Numbered from the stretch's first letter, positions 9,477 to 19,511 are shown. The stretch: DNA of 64,000 nucleotides from Gemmatimonadaceae bacterium (GCA_040902005.1 JBBDYA010000114.1:1-64000), one strand, 5' to 3'. The notes: a model not told the origin generated them from the sequence alone. A program made the numbers and translations.

Positions 9477-10631
9477 CTACCGCAGCCAGGAAATCAGCAG
9501 TCCGATCGCGACCCCCGCGACGATCCCCACCCACCAGTAGCGCTGCGCGATCGTCCCGCGCGGGCTGCCGGTCGGGCCGGTGCCCGTTCCCACCCTGCGC
9601 ACGCCCCTTGGCGACGAGCGCCGCCTGGCGATGTACGCGCGCGGCAGCTGGCGGCCGGAGTCCGCGCGGCCGACTGGAGCGGCACCAAGCACCGGGCGCG
9701 GCATGCTGGTCGGGGACCGACGTCGCGGGGGCGCGTCCACGGCCACCGGCAGCGCCTCGGCGAGGGGCTCCATGGCGTCGGGCGTGACAGGGCGCCGCAC
9801 AGGCGCCGATACGGCCGGCGTCGCCGCGTCCGTGGCGCGCGGAGGTGAGGCGGCGTCGAGCGTGACGCGAATCGAATGATCCACCACCGGCGACCGGGCC
9901 CGGGGTGGTTCGTGTTCGCGCACCCGCGCTCGTGCCGCGTTGGGCAGGACGCCGGCCGCCACACCCGCGCACGCGCATCCGAGCCGGACCGCAGGGTCCA
10001 CCAGCGCCCGGGTCTTCGCCAGCAGATGCTGCGCGATCTCCAGGACGATGTCGTCGCCCGCGGTCTCGATGAGCTCGACAGCCGATGCACCCTGGCGGAG
10101 GGCATGCGCGGACGGCGCGCCGCCCGGCTCGGAGTAGAAGCGGCGGCGATCGGGGGGGAGCACGGAATCGAACTCCGTTGGCTGCTGCGTGACCGCAATG
10201 TCACGCTCCACCAGGGACGCGAGGAGTTCGTCTGGTGTGAGCCAGTTGTCGACGCTCGCGTGCGATCCGGCGGCGCATGCGCCGGCGAAGGTGATGCGCG
10301 GACGGGCGGGCGCATACAGCGCGCGGAGGTACTCGGCCGCCGCCACCGGAGGAGGCACGAGGCACAGGAGCAGGGAAGCGATGGAGTCGCCATGAGGCGC
10401 CAGACGGCTCGCCACCAGCGGGCAACTGCACTGCACCATCGGCCCGTCCGCCTGCTGCATGCGATCGAGGGCGCGTGCGGCGATCAACTCGTCACCCCAG
10501 CTGGACGGAATGACCAGGTCGTATCCCGCGCGGAGGCAGGCGTGCGCCAACTGCACGGGCGTTGCCGGCCCCGCGGCGAGCACCGCGTCCATGCCAAGGA
10601 TGAGAAGCGAAGGAGTGGTCGTAGACAGCAA
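9477..10631 (-). CDS. Degenerate [FeFe]-hydrogenase large-subunit C-terminal-like (Nar1-like) domain protein with Pro-rich linker and C-terminal TM anchor
   Basis: Cys motifs VQCSCPLV, ITFAGACAA and LGCACAG in the P1/P2/P3 order; C-terminal WWVGIVAGVAIGLLISW. Start uncertain (TTG 10631 or ATG 10592). Confidence 0.6.
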   Translation of the reverse strand: MLSTTTPSLLILGMDAVLAAGPATPVQLAHACLRAGYDLVIPSSWGDELIAARALDRMQQADGPMVQCSCPLVASRLAPHGDSIASLLLCLVPPPVAAAEYLRALYAPARPRITFAGACAAGSHASVDNWLTPDELLASLVERDIAVTQQPTEFDSVLPPDRRRFYSEPGGAPSAHALRQGASAVELIETAGDDIVLEIAQHLLAKTRALVDPAVRLGCACAGVAAGVLPNAARARVREHEPPRARSPVVDHSIRVTLDAASPPRATDAATPAVSAPVRRPVTPDAMEPLAEALPVAVDAPPRRRSPTSMPRPVLGAAPVGRADSGRQLPRAYIARRRSSPRGVRRVGTGTGPTGSPRGTIAQRYWWVGIVAGVAIGLLISWLR

Positions 10632-10710
10632 GAGAGGCGCCGAAATCAGGGGCTGTCAAGAGCGGCCCAGACATTGCAACCCCTTGCCGCGTCACACGAA
10701 GCGAGTGAGG

Positions 10711-11448
10711 ATGGCCCTGGAGCTGCAGCAGCTGGCGAATGTAACGCGACTGTTGCCCACAACGGTGGATGCGTTGCTGGGGTACGCCGCCCGTGCGAAC
10801 TGGCCATCCGGCTTCGCAATCTATCAGCGGGGTGCGCCAGCGGACGGCATCTTCGTGGTGGTGGAAGGGCGCGTTGTGCTGCGCAGTCGCGTGCGGGCGG
10901 GGCGCGCATTCATCCCCTGGATCGCCACCGCACTCGAGACGTTCGGCGCGGAAGGGTTGTCGGCCACGCCGCGCTATTCCACCGAAGCGCGCGCCGACGA
11001 CGAGAGCACCACCCTGTTTCTCAGCACGACCCGCTTTCGCTCGTTTCTGCGCGAGCAGCCACACCACGCGACGGCACTCGTGGCGCAGGTCATGAGCGAG
11101 CGCGCCCTGCTCCTCGAGCGGCTGCGCGAGCTCACCACGATGAGCGTCGAACAGCGCCTCGTTGTCGCGCTCGTTCGGATGGCGACTTTCGATACCTTCA
11201 TGCGGCCGGACGGATATCTCGAGCTCAACACCAGTCGCTATCGCCTGCTCTGTGAGCTGGTGGGAGCCACGCGCGAATCGGTATCGCTCGTGATCGGGCG
11301 GTTGACCGGCGAGGGTGTCATCGAGCGGAAGGGCAGCACGTATCTCGTGCATCCCGAGCGCCTCCTGAGCCGGGTAGAGGAGTTGCCGATGGACGACCTG
11401 CTCACCGCCGGCCCGGACACATTCGCGAGTCTCCTGCCGCGCTCGTGA
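10711..11448 (+). CDS. Crp/Fnr family transcriptional regulator
   Basis: cNMP-binding barrel (IYQRG..ADGIFVVVEGRV, FGAE), VEQRL, HTH LVGATRESVS. Confidence 0.9.
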   Translation: MALELQQLANVTRLLPTTVDALLGYAARANWPSGFAIYQRGAPADGIFVVVEGRVVLRSRVRAGRAFIPWIATALETFGAEGLSATPRYSTEARADDESTTLFLSTTRFRSFLREQPHHATALVAQVMSERALLLERLRELTTMSVEQRLVVALVRMATFDTFMRPDGYLELNTSRYRLLCELVGATRESVSLVIGRLTGEGVIERKGSTYLVHPERLLSRVEELPMDDLLTAGPDTFASLLPRS

Positions 11449-11564
11449 GGCAAGGGCGGGGGTGCGCGGCGCGCGCCACAGGCGTGCTCCGGTAGTCCAA
11501 ACGCTCGTTCCGGAGCGGCTGCCGCGATGATCGACGCGCGGTGGACTCCTATATTTATTCCATC

Positions 11565-12689
11565 ATGCTTTCCGCCGACGAGCTCGCGAGGTATGGACGC
11601 CAACTCGTGTTGCCCGAGCTTGGTGTGGCGGGGCAGGAGCGCATTCGCCGCACCCGCGTGCTCGTCGTTGGCGCCGGGGGTCTCGGTTCACCAGCGGCGC
11701 TCTACCTGGCTGCCGCGGGCGTGGGCACACTGGGCATCGTGGACGACGACGTCGTCGAGATCAGCAACCTGCATCGGCAGGTGCTGCACGGCACCGCGGA
11801 CCTTGGGCGCAGCAAGGTGCACTCAGCCGCGGACGCCCTGGCTCGGCTGAATCCGCTCGCCGAGCTGCGTCAACACACTGAACGGCTCACCGCCGAAAAC
11901 GCGGAGGGGCTGATCGCGGACTACGACCTGGTCGTGGACGGCTCGGACAACTACGCCACCCGGTATGCGGTGAATGATGCCTGCGCGGCCCTGGGCACGG
12001 TGTGGGTGTACGGCAGCGTGGAGCGCTACTCGGGTCAGGTGTCGGTGTTCGGGGCCCCTGACGGTCCATGCTACCGCTGCGTGTTTTCAGATCCGCCAGC
12101 GGCCGGATCCACCGCCAGCTGTGAAGAGATCGGAGTCCTGGGCGCGGTGCCCGGCGTTGTCGGCTCGCTCCAGGCACTCGAGGCGCTGAAATGGATCACG
12201 GGCATCGGCGAACCCCTCGTGGGGCGCTTGCTTCAGATGGACTTTCTTACCGGCCAGATGCGCACCGTGCGCTTCGGCAAACGCGCCGGCTGCCGAGCCT
12301 GTGGCGGCCGACATCGCAAGGAGAACGCGTCAATGGGCACGAAGGACACCACCCCCAACGTCCCGCTTGACGTGCAACCGGAGGAGGTCGCGGGTCTCAT
12401 CTCGGGTGCCCAAGGAGAGGGGGTGGGCATGCGGCTGCTGGACGTCCGCGAACCGTGGGAACTGGCGCGAGCGCGTATCGGCGACGCGCAGTCCATGCCG
12501 ATGAGCGCGCTGGGCGACAAGGTGGACTCGCTGGATAAATCGCGCGACTACGTCGTGTACTGTCACCACGGCAGCAGGAGCCGGATGGCCACGGAGTGGC
12601 TGCGCTCGCTGGGATTCCGCGCGCGAAATCTGGCTGGTGGCATCGACCGGTGGAGTCGCGAGATCGACCCTGCCGTTCCCCGCTACTAG
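11565..12689 (+). CDS. moeB: MoeB/MoeZ adenylyltransferase with C-terminal rhodanese
   Basis: RYGRQ, GAGGLG, SNLHRQ, CYRC, SCEEIG, CRAC; rhodanese DVRE...YCHHGSRS, NLAGGID. Confidence 0.93.
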   Translation: MLSADELARYGRQLVLPELGVAGQERIRRTRVLVVGAGGLGSPAALYLAAAGVGTLGIVDDDVVEISNLHRQVLHGTADLGRSKVHSAADALARLNPLAELRQHTERLTAENAEGLIADYDLVVDGSDNYATRYAVNDACAALGTVWVYGSVERYSGQVSVFGAPDGPCYRCVFSDPPAAGSTASCEEIGVLGAVPGVVGSLQALEALKWITGIGEPLVGRLLQMDFLTGQMRTVRFGKRAGCRACGGRHRKENASMGTKDTTPNVPLDVQPEEVAGLISGAQGEGVGMRLLDVREPWELARARIGDAQSMPMSALGDKVDSLDKSRDYVVYCHHGSRSRMATEWLRSLGFRARNLAGGIDRWSREIDPAVPRY

Positions 12690-12696
12690 GTCGGCA

Positions 12697-13608
12697 ATGA
12701 TCGGCGCGGCGCTCGCCATCGTCGGCGCGTTGGCGGTTGGCGCGCGTGCGGTGTACCCGCGCGTGCTCGAGTACCGAGCGTCGCGCCGCCGCCCCCCGCG
12801 TGCCGATGGCGTGATCGCGGGCGCGGCGAGCATCGCGCGACACCGGGCGGATGCGCCGGGAGTGCTGTTGCTGCATGGCGGTGGCGACACGCCGCAGGTG
12901 GTCGGCGACCTGGCAGAGCATCTGTATTCCGCCGGCTTCTCCGTGCGCGCCCCGCTGCTACCCGGACATGGCAGGGCGCTGTCAGCCCTGATGGATGTCT
13001 CCGCCGCCGATCTGCACGCCAACGTGGAGAAGGAGTATTCCGCGATGCAGGCGACGCATGACTGGGTGGCGCTCATCGGGCTCTCCATGGGCGGCGCACT
13101 GGCTGTTCGCCTGGCGGCGGCGCGTGAGGTTCCCGCGCTCGTGCTGCTCGCTCCGTATCTGGACATGCCCGCGCCGATACGGCGGCTGGCGGCCGCGGCC
13201 GGGCTGTGGGGCTGGGCGCTACCCTACTTTCCGTCGCGTGGCGACCAATCCATTCGTGACCAGCAGGCGGCGGCGCAGACGCTCGGGCACGGCCTCCTGA
13301 CCCCGGCGCTTCTGCGAGCTCTGTACGACATCACGCGCGCGGTAGACGAAGCGCTCCCGAAGGTGAGCACTCCGACGCTGTTCATTCAATCACGCGAAGA
13401 CAATCGCATCTCCGTGGAGAGCGCCGAGCGCGCCTTCGCGCGGCTCGGCTCCCCGGAGAAGCGTCTGGTGATGACCGCAGGTGCTGGCCACGTGATCACT
13501 GTGGACTACGGCCGCGAGCGGGTGATGGAGCTGTGCGCCGAGTGGCTGCACGCGCATCACGTCAATCCGAGCGCACCCGGTCCACGAGGTTCTCGCCAAG
13601 ACCCCTGA
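12697..13608 (+). CDS. Alpha/beta-hydrolase carboxylesterase
   Basis: LLLHG, PGHG, GLSMGG nucleophile elbow, D and H of the triad; N-terminal hydrophobic segment. Confidence 0.88.
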   Translation: MIGAALAIVGALAVGARAVYPRVLEYRASRRRPPRADGVIAGAASIARHRADAPGVLLLHGGGDTPQVVGDLAEHLYSAGFSVRAPLLPGHGRALSALMDVSAADLHANVEKEYSAMQATHDWVALIGLSMGGALAVRLAAAREVPALVLLAPYLDMPAPIRRLAAAAGLWGWALPYFPSRGDQSIRDQQAAAQTLGHGLLTPALLRALYDITRAVDEALPKVSTPTLFIQSREDNRISVESAERAFARLGSPEKRLVMTAGAGHVITVDYGRERVMELCAEWLHAHHVNPSAPGPRGSRQDP

Positions 13609-13840
13609 GCGTCTCGACGCCGGCGGACACCGCTCCCGAGGCCTGCGCCACCACCTCACGTGTCACGCGCTTGACGCGCGCCACGGGCGACTGGCGCTTG
13701 CGACGGCTGCTTGCGGACTTCTTTTTCGTGGCGCGGCTCTTCTTCGCTGCGGATGTTCGGCGACGCGCCGTGCTCTTGCGCGCGGACGGGCGCTTCGGTG
13801 CCTTCTTCTTCCCGGACGCCTTCTTTGCCTTTCTTGCCAT
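13562..13840 (-). CDS. Small Lys/Arg-rich histone-like protein
   Basis: AAGGAG RBS; MARKAKKASGKKKAPKRPSARKST... then an amphipathic helix. Confidence 0.7.
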   Translation of the reverse strand: MARKAKKASGKKKAPKRPSARKSTARRRTSAAKKSRATKKKSASSRRKRQSPVARVKRVTREVVAQASGAVSAGVETLRGLGENLVDRVRSD

Positions 13841-13922
13841 GGGGCCAACTCCTTTGACGCGAAATGAGGACCGTACGGCAACAGCAAGATTCAGGCGCAC
13901 ACCGACGAGCCCGCACGCGCGG

Positions 13923-14654
13923 TCAGGGTTCCAGTCCGAGCGGCCACGGAATCTTCCTGGAAAACGGTCGCCCGAAGACCGCGGCGAGCACCGGACTGGG
14001 ATCCGCCAGTTGTGAGACGACATCGATCCGGTCGGCCAGATGCAGGGGGCGCGTGAACTCGCGGTATCGATCGTAGCCATGGCAGAAGCACATGGGTCCG
14101 CGGCGCGTGAGGCGGCCCAGCCAGATGTCAGGCAATCCCAGCCAGGTGAACAGGTAGAAGCCGTTGAGCTTTGCGCTGGCGGGCAGGTCCCTCTCGATGA
14201 GCCCTCGCGGAAGCGATCCGTGCTTGCCCCACTGAATGTTGACCAACGCCGGTCCGCGGTTCCCCCACGGCGTGTGCAGGATCACGCGGTGCCAGTACGT
14301 CCACAGGTCCGTGGGCGCGCCGGTGCTGTCGTAGCCCACCCATACCACCTCCTGATCGGTGGGGACGGTGAAGGGAATCCAGGACCCGTGCACGTCGTCG
14401 CGCCAGAGCAGGTGATAGGCGATGACGCGCGCGGTAGGATGTACCACGGCCACCACGCGTTCCAGCGGAAACCACTCGTCGCGCTGGAGGAAGAGAATGG
14501 GCGCGAGCGATCGCGCGATTCTGGCCGCCGGATCGTCGGGCGCGAGTGCGCCTTGGAGCGGGATTGGCTCCACCGGACGTGGCGGAATTCTGGCCCTCGG
14601 CCCGCAGGCCGTGAGCGCGAAGGACGCACAGATGAGCACGTCACGCATCCTCAT
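13923..14654 (-). CDS. Hypothetical lipoprotein (Trp/His-rich)
   Basis: Lipobox ALTAC, globular composition, WGKHGS motif. Confidence 0.65.
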   Translation of the reverse strand: MRMRDVLICASFALTACGPRARIPPRPVEPIPLQGALAPDDPAARIARSLAPILFLQRDEWFPLERVVAVVHPTARVIAYHLLWRDDVHGSWIPFTVPTDQEVVWVGYDSTGAPTDLWTYWHRVILHTPWGNRGPALVNIQWGKHGSLPRGLIERDLPASAKLNGFYLFTWLGLPDIWLGRLTRRGPMCFCHGYDRYREFTRPLHLADRIDVVSQLADPSPVLAAVFGRPFSRKIPWPLGLEP

Positions 14655-14794
14655 GGTACGTCGCAACTTGAATGTTGTCATTCCATTAGACGATTAGGCG
14701 GTTACTTGAGAGCTTCTCCGGGCGTCCTTCTGGCAGAGGTCCGGTGCCCGTGAATTCCGGACCTGTCGTTCAGCAGCATCAGGAGGAAGTCCCC

Positions 14795-15019
14795 ATGCGG
14801 AAGCCGCGCCCGGCGACGTTCAATCCCGCGCAAGCATTGCAGCTCATTGCGAGAGATCGAACCGGCTCAGCCCTCAGTTGTCCCACCTGTTCGGGGCAGA
14901 TCCACCGACACCCCGAATACCTACCGCCGCCGCCGGGCGCGCCGGTGACGCTGAAGTGCGCGGCCTGCGGCCGCATTGCCCGCTACGTCGCGGCGCGCGC
15001 CGAACAGCTGGCGAGCTAG
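14795..15019 (+). CDS. Small zinc-ribbon protein
   Basis: AGGAGG RBS; CPTC...CAAC. Confidence 0.65.
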   Translation: MRKPRPATFNPAQALQLIARDRTGSALSCPTCSGQIHRHPEYLPPPPGAPVTLKCAACGRIARYVAARAEQLAS

Positions 15020-15172
15020 CTAGAGCACACGGCAGACCGCGGTTTCGCGGTCTGCTTTCTGCTGTTCTCGGCCCGCCTCGCGGGCCGCGCAGTGCATGGA
15101 ACTTGCCTTCACCGCTGTCCGAGTGGCCCCAGCAATTCTTGCGGGGCGCAACAAGGACACGAGGAAGCTCCA

Positions 15173-15382
15173 ATGGCTCGCATCACCGGCACCGTGAAGT
15201 GGTTCAACGACGCGAAGGGCTTTGGATTCCTTTCGCGCGAGGGTGGACCCGACGTGTTCGTTCACTACAGTGCGATCGAGGGTGGCGGATTCAAGTCGCT
15301 TGCCGAGGGTGATCGCGTGGAATTCGAGATCGTGCAGGGACAGAAGGGACCGCAGGCGTCCGACGTCACGAAAGTGACCTGA
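15173..15382 (+). CDS. cspA: Cold-shock protein
   Basis: [14 protein letters not shown] (RNP1), DVFVHYSAI (RNP2), KGPQA. Confidence 0.97.
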   Translation: MARITGTVKWFNDAKGFGFLSREGGPDVFVHYSAIEGGGFKSLAEGDRVEFEIVQGQKGPQASDVTKVT

Positions 15383-15408
15383 TAGCGCGAACGCAGGGGG
15401 GGGGCCAG

Positions 15409-15714
15409 GTGGAGCAGGAAGCGGTGGGAGGACCCGTGGAGCGCCGGTCTGCCGAGCGCCTTTTTCACCGGGACCTGCCCGGTGGCGGCTACGTAGCCAT
15501 CGAGCTCGCTGACCGGGGTCAGATGATTGAAGGGCGCGCCGTGCGCGTCATCGTCGAGCGTCGATCGGACCGGGCGCGCCGCGCGGGACATCCACCGCCA
15601 GTGATCGTCGAGGAAGGTTGGCGTCCGGAGCGCGGGCTCGGCGACCTCTACCGCATTGCCTGCGACAATGTGGCGATCGCGCGCGGGTTGCTCGGGCTTC
15701 CACGCGCGGACTAG
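15409..15714 (+). CDS. Hypothetical protein
   Basis: Fills the gap after csp; protein-like composition. Confidence 0.55.
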   Translation: MEQEAVGGPVERRSAERLFHRDLPGGGYVAIELADRGQMIEGRAVRVIVERRSDRARRAGHPPPVIVEEGWRPERGLGDLYRIACDNVAIARGLLGLPRAD

Positions 15715-15726
15715 CGCGCCGGGCCG

Positions 15727-16422
15727 CTACTCGAAGAGATCGAAGCGCACGCCGCGCCGCGCTCCGCGCCGCCGCCGTGGTGCGTAGCGAAACAACTGCG
15801 CGGGGCGCCCGCGACCCTCGCTGCGCCACTCGTCCGTGGGTTCCACGAGAAACGCGGACTGGAGCGCTCGGCGAAAGCTCGCCTTGTGCAACGGCCGGCC
15901 GAGGAGCAGTTCGTACACGGACTGCAGGTCGCTGAGCGTGAACGTGTCCGGCAGCAGTCGGAACGCCAGGGGCGACTGATCCACCCGCCTCCGAACGGCT
16001 TCCACCGCAGCGTCCACGATCGTGCGCTGCCGTGAGGGAAGGGTCGGCAGGGTGCGCACCCCGGTCCATTCCGCGTTCTCCACGAACCGGTCGTCGAGTC
16101 CGTGGGGCACCAGTCCGACGAACGCGATGGACAACTGCGCGTCTCCCGGGTGGCGTCGTGTGTCGCCATGCGTACCAACCTGCTCGAGCGCCGCCGGCGC
16201 CACGCCAAGCGCGCTCGTGGCCACGCGCACCGCGGCATCTTCCGGCGGCTCGCCGAGCCGGGGCGCGTCCCACGGAATGGTCCAGCGGTCGCGCGCGCGG
16301 GCGTCTCCGCGCAGCAGCAGGACGGCCAGCGTATCCTCTCTCGGGGTGAGCAGCACGACATCGATCGCGGCGGTGAGCGACCGGACAGCGGGCCGCGACA
16401 GGACGAGCGAGCGCTCACGCAT
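15727..16422 (-). CDS. nrtR: NrtR-family Nudix/wHTH regulator
   Basis: Degenerate Nudix N-domain; FTLSDLQSVYELLLG..LHKASFRR...GRPAQLFRY C-terminal wHTH. Start may be 16440. Confidence 0.82.
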   Translation of the reverse strand: MRERSLVLSRPAVRSLTAAIDVVLLTPREDTLAVLLLRGDARARDRWTIPWDAPRLGEPPEDAAVRVATSALGVAPAALEQVGTHGDTRRHPGDAQLSIAFVGLVPHGLDDRFVENAEWTGVRTLPTLPSRQRTIVDAAVEAVRRRVDQSPLAFRLLPDTFTLSDLQSVYELLLGRPLHKASFRRALQSAFLVEPTDEWRSEGRGRPAQLFRYAPRRRRGARRGVRFDLFE

Positions 16423-16430
16423 CGGTCGAA

Positions 16431-16451
16431 TTAGTAGCATGTGGCTACTAA
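16431..16451. promoter_or_regulatory. 21-bp palindrome, probable NrtR autoregulatory operator
   Basis: TTAGTAGC-ATGTG-GCTACTAA, adjacent to TTGACT on the minus strand (16452-16457). Confidence 0.65.
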
Positions 16452-16604
16452 AGTCAAGAGCCCGCCGCACGACAGAAAACTTCGTCGCGCGCGGGCTCGA
16501 ATTGCGGAAGGGGATAATACCGGGAACGTCGGTCGGGAGCAACGACCAAGATCACCAAAAAAAAACGAAACGAGCCTGGACTCTTACCGCGGCCGCACGC
16601 GCTC

Positions 16605-18437
16605 TCAGCGCGATGTACGCGCCTGGCGCTGTTCTCCGTCGCCGAGTCGCAGAGATGGCGGGATACTGACAGGCAGGCGGCCGGTAATGTCAGTCAGACC
16701 GAGCAGTGCGCGCGCCGCGGCGCGCTGCGACGGAGGAAAGCCGCCCCATGCGACGAGATACGCCGGCACGAACGGGACCTGCTGATAAAAATATGGATTG
16801 CCGAACGCGACGACGATTGTGCGCGGATTGACCGCCACAGATGCGTGCACCAGATCCACGATCGGGCTGGGCGCATTCACGTCGGACACGCGCGTGCCCT
16901 GCGAGAGATACGATCCGATGATGACGTGCTCCGCGGAGTCCGCGAGCGCGGATATCGCGGCAATGCCGGCAATGGGATCGGCCGCATCTATCCAGAGCGA
17001 TCGCACATCCGCGCCCGCGCGCAGCTCGGCATCGAATGTCGCGCCGGCGCCCAGGTCCTGTCGGGAGGAGATGGTCACGGACAGGACGCGGGGGCGGGAG
17101 CCACTGTCTGCTGCGAGGGGAACCAGTCGCAGCGAGTCCCTGGCCAGCGTGATGGAGCGCTCGGCGATGCGATCGGCTACCGCGAGATGCGCAGGTATTC
17201 CGACGATCGCACGCGCGGCGTCGAGGCTTACCATCGGATTGGCCGCAAGTCCCAGCGAGTGCTTCACTTCGAGAATACGGCGCACCGACGAGTCGACGCG
17301 CGCTTGTGTGAATCGCCCTTCCTGCACGCCGGCGACGACGGCGTCGATCGCCGTGGTCACGTCCAGCGGCATGAGCAGCACGTCGTTTCCCGCAACCACC
17401 GCCAGCTTCACGACTTCGGCGAGTCCGGGCGAGTTGATCGCGCCATACGTCCCGGTCAGCGAGGCGGTTGTATCCGCGGGACGCACCCTGGCGAGCACGC
17501 CGTTCATGTCGAGCGCGTCGGTGATCAGCAACCCCCGGAATCCGAGCTCGCGCCGCAGCAGGCCCGTCATCACCGTGGGTGACAGCGTGGCCGGCAACGG
17601 GCTGGTGTCGAGCGCCGGAACCACGCCGTGGAATGTCATGATCGCGTCGACGCCGTCGGCGATCGCGCGGCGAAACGGCGCGAGTTCCACGCTGTCGAGT
17701 CTGGAACGGCTGGCGTTGACCTCGGTAATCTGGAGGTGCGAGTTCTGATCGGTGTCGCCATGCCCGGGAAAGTGCTTGGCGGTGGCGGGCATTCCGTGCT
17801 CCTGAAGGCCGCGGATGAGTGCCGAGCCGAGCGACGACACGAGCGCCGGCTCCTCGCCGAAGGAGCGTGGTCCGATGACCGGATTGCCCGGATTGTTGTT
17901 GACGTCGAGGACGGGGGCGAACGCCATATGCACGCCCAGGGCGCGTCCCTCGATCGCGGTGATCCTTCCCTGCTCGAACGCGAGTGCCGCGTCGCGCGTG
18001 GCGCCCAGGGCCATCTGCTGCGGAAAGAGCGTGGCGCCGCCGAGGTAGATCCCGTTGGGCAGGAAGTGGCCGCCGCGGGTGCGGAAGCCAGCACCCGCCT
18101 CGTAGTCCGCGCCGAACACCAGCGGCACCGTGGCGAGGCGCTGCATCGCGTTGACCTTCGCCGCCGTTTCGATCGGAGAGCCGATGGACATGACGAACCC
18201 ACCGACCCGCTCGGTGGTGATCAACCCGGCAACGCGCTCCCAGCCGCGGGACTGAGCCGGGGTGTAATCGCCGAACAGCTGCGGCCAGACCAGCTGCGCT
18301 GCCCGCTCTCGCGATGTGAGTGTCGCGAGGACCGAGTCGGCCCAGGCGGAAGCCCCTGCGTTGTGGGGGGGCGCCGGCGCGTGCGCGGGGGTGGCGGGGG
18401 TGGTGCACGCCGCCAGGATCAGCGCGACGACGCCCAT
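16605..18437 (-). CDS. nagZ: GH3 beta-N-acetylhexosaminidase lipoprotein
   Basis: KHFPGHGDTDQNSH, ADYEAG, RSFGE, ITDALDM; lipobox LAAC. Confidence 0.88.
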   Translation of the reverse strand: MGVVALILAACTTPATPAHAPAPPHNAGASAWADSVLATLTSRERAAQLVWPQLFGDYTPAQSRGWERVAGLITTERVGGFVMSIGSPIETAAKVNAMQRLATVPLVFGADYEAGAGFRTRGGHFLPNGIYLGGATLFPQQMALGATRDAALAFEQGRITAIEGRALGVHMAFAPVLDVNNNPGNPVIGPRSFGEEPALVSSLGSALIRGLQEHGMPATAKHFPGHGDTDQNSHLQITEVNASRSRLDSVELAPFRRAIADGVDAIMTFHGVVPALDTSPLPATLSPTVMTGLLRRELGFRGLLITDALDMNGVLARVRPADTTASLTGTYGAINSPGLAEVVKLAVVAGNDVLLMPLDVTTAIDAVVAGVQEGRFTQARVDSSVRRILEVKHSLGLAANPMVSLDAARAIVGIPAHLAVADRIAERSITLARDSLRLVPLAADSGSRPRVLSVTISSRQDLGAGATFDAELRAGADVRSLWIDAADPIAGIAAISALADSAEHVIIGSYLSQGTRVSDVNAPSPIVDLVHASVAVNPRTIVVAFGNPYFYQQVPFVPAYLVAWGGFPPSQRAAARALLGLTDITGRLPVSIPPSLRLGDGEQRQARTSR

Positions 18438-18450
18438 CGGCGCGGCGCCG

Positions 18451-18729
18451 CTACCAGGTGATCGAGCCCTGCTTGCTGGTGTCCACATCCTCGGAGTCGC
18501 CCGTTCCAAAAAGGAAAGACTGCATGTTCTTCGTGAGGAAACTCCGTGCCTGGGGATCCATGACGTTGAGTCCGTAGTGGTTGATCAGCATGGTCTGCTG
18601 CTTCAGCCACAATCCCCAGCATTCCGTGCAGATCCCCTCGACGACCCGGGCGCCGATCGGCCCGGGAAAGGGCGCGCGCTCGAATCCGGCGCGCGTCTCC
18701 TTGCAGCGGACGCAGGTTACGTCAGGCAA
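18451..18729 (-). CDS. yggX: Fe(II)-trafficking/oxidative damage protection protein
   Basis: VTCVRC...PFPGPIGARV...CWGLWLKQQTMLINHYGL...ARSFL; TTG start. Confidence 0.88.
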   Translation of the reverse strand: MPDVTCVRCKETRAGFERAPFPGPIGARVVEGICTECWGLWLKQQTMLINHYGLNVMDPQARSFLTKNMQSFLFGTGDSEDVDTSKQGSITW

Positions 18730-18761
18730 CGCTGTCGGGGTGGGGCAGTGGAACGCAAAAG

Positions 18762-19511
18762 TTACGAGCGAGCGTACTCCACCTTGGCCAGGCGAAGCAT
18801 CTGGAGCAGTCGGATGTAGAGCCATCCGATGTCGAACTCGTACCACTTGGCCTTGAACTTGGCCGACCTGGGATCCGCGTGGTGGTTGTTGTGCAGCTCT
18901 TCACCGCCCAGCCAGATGGCGATAGGCGAGATGTTCCGGCTCTCGTCCTTCACCTCGAAGTTGCGGTAGCCGAGCGCGTGGCCCACGCCGTTCACGATGC
19001 CCGCGGCCCAGAAGGGGATCCAGAGCATCTGCACGCCCCACACGATGGGTCCGACGAAAAAGCCGAACAGGTACACGTCGATGCCGAGCATCAGCGTGAT
19101 GCCCACCCAGTTGAGGGGGGTCAGCACGTGACGTTCGATCCAGTCGTTCGGCGTGCCCTTGCCGTACTTCTCCAGCATGCCCGGCTGGCGGATGGCCTTT
19201 CTATAGTAGAACGCACCCTTCAGGACGATGTTGCGGAGCCCCTCCATGAGAGGGCTGTGCGGATCGCCTTCACGGTCGGCGAACGCGTGATGCTTCCGGT
19301 GGCAGGCCACCCACTCCTTGGTGACGATGGCCGTGGTGAGCCAGAGCCAAAGGCGCATCGGCAGCGCTGCGATGGCGTGCAACTGCACGCCGCGATGCGT
19401 CTGTGCGCGATGCAGGAACAGCGTGACGCACACGTTGGTGATGTGGCCGGCAACGACAATGAACAGCACGGGCATCCACCACTTCGAAGCCAAGGCCCCA
19501 AACTCCAGCAT
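18762..19511 (-). CDS. desA: Delta-9-type fatty acid desaturase
   Basis: His boxes HRAQTH, HRKHH, HNNHH; GEELHNNHHA. Confidence 0.92.
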   Translation of the reverse strand: MLEFGALASKWWMPVLFIVVAGHITNVCVTLFLHRAQTHRGVQLHAIAALPMRLWLWLTTAIVTKEWVACHRKHHAFADREGDPHSPLMEGLRNIVLKGAFYYRKAIRQPGMLEKYGKGTPNDWIERHVLTPLNWVGITLMLGIDVYLFGFFVGPIVWGVQMLWIPFWAAGIVNGVGHALGYRNFEVKDESRNISPIAIWLGGEELHNNHHADPRSAKFKAKWYEFDIGWLYIRLLQMLRLAKVEYARS

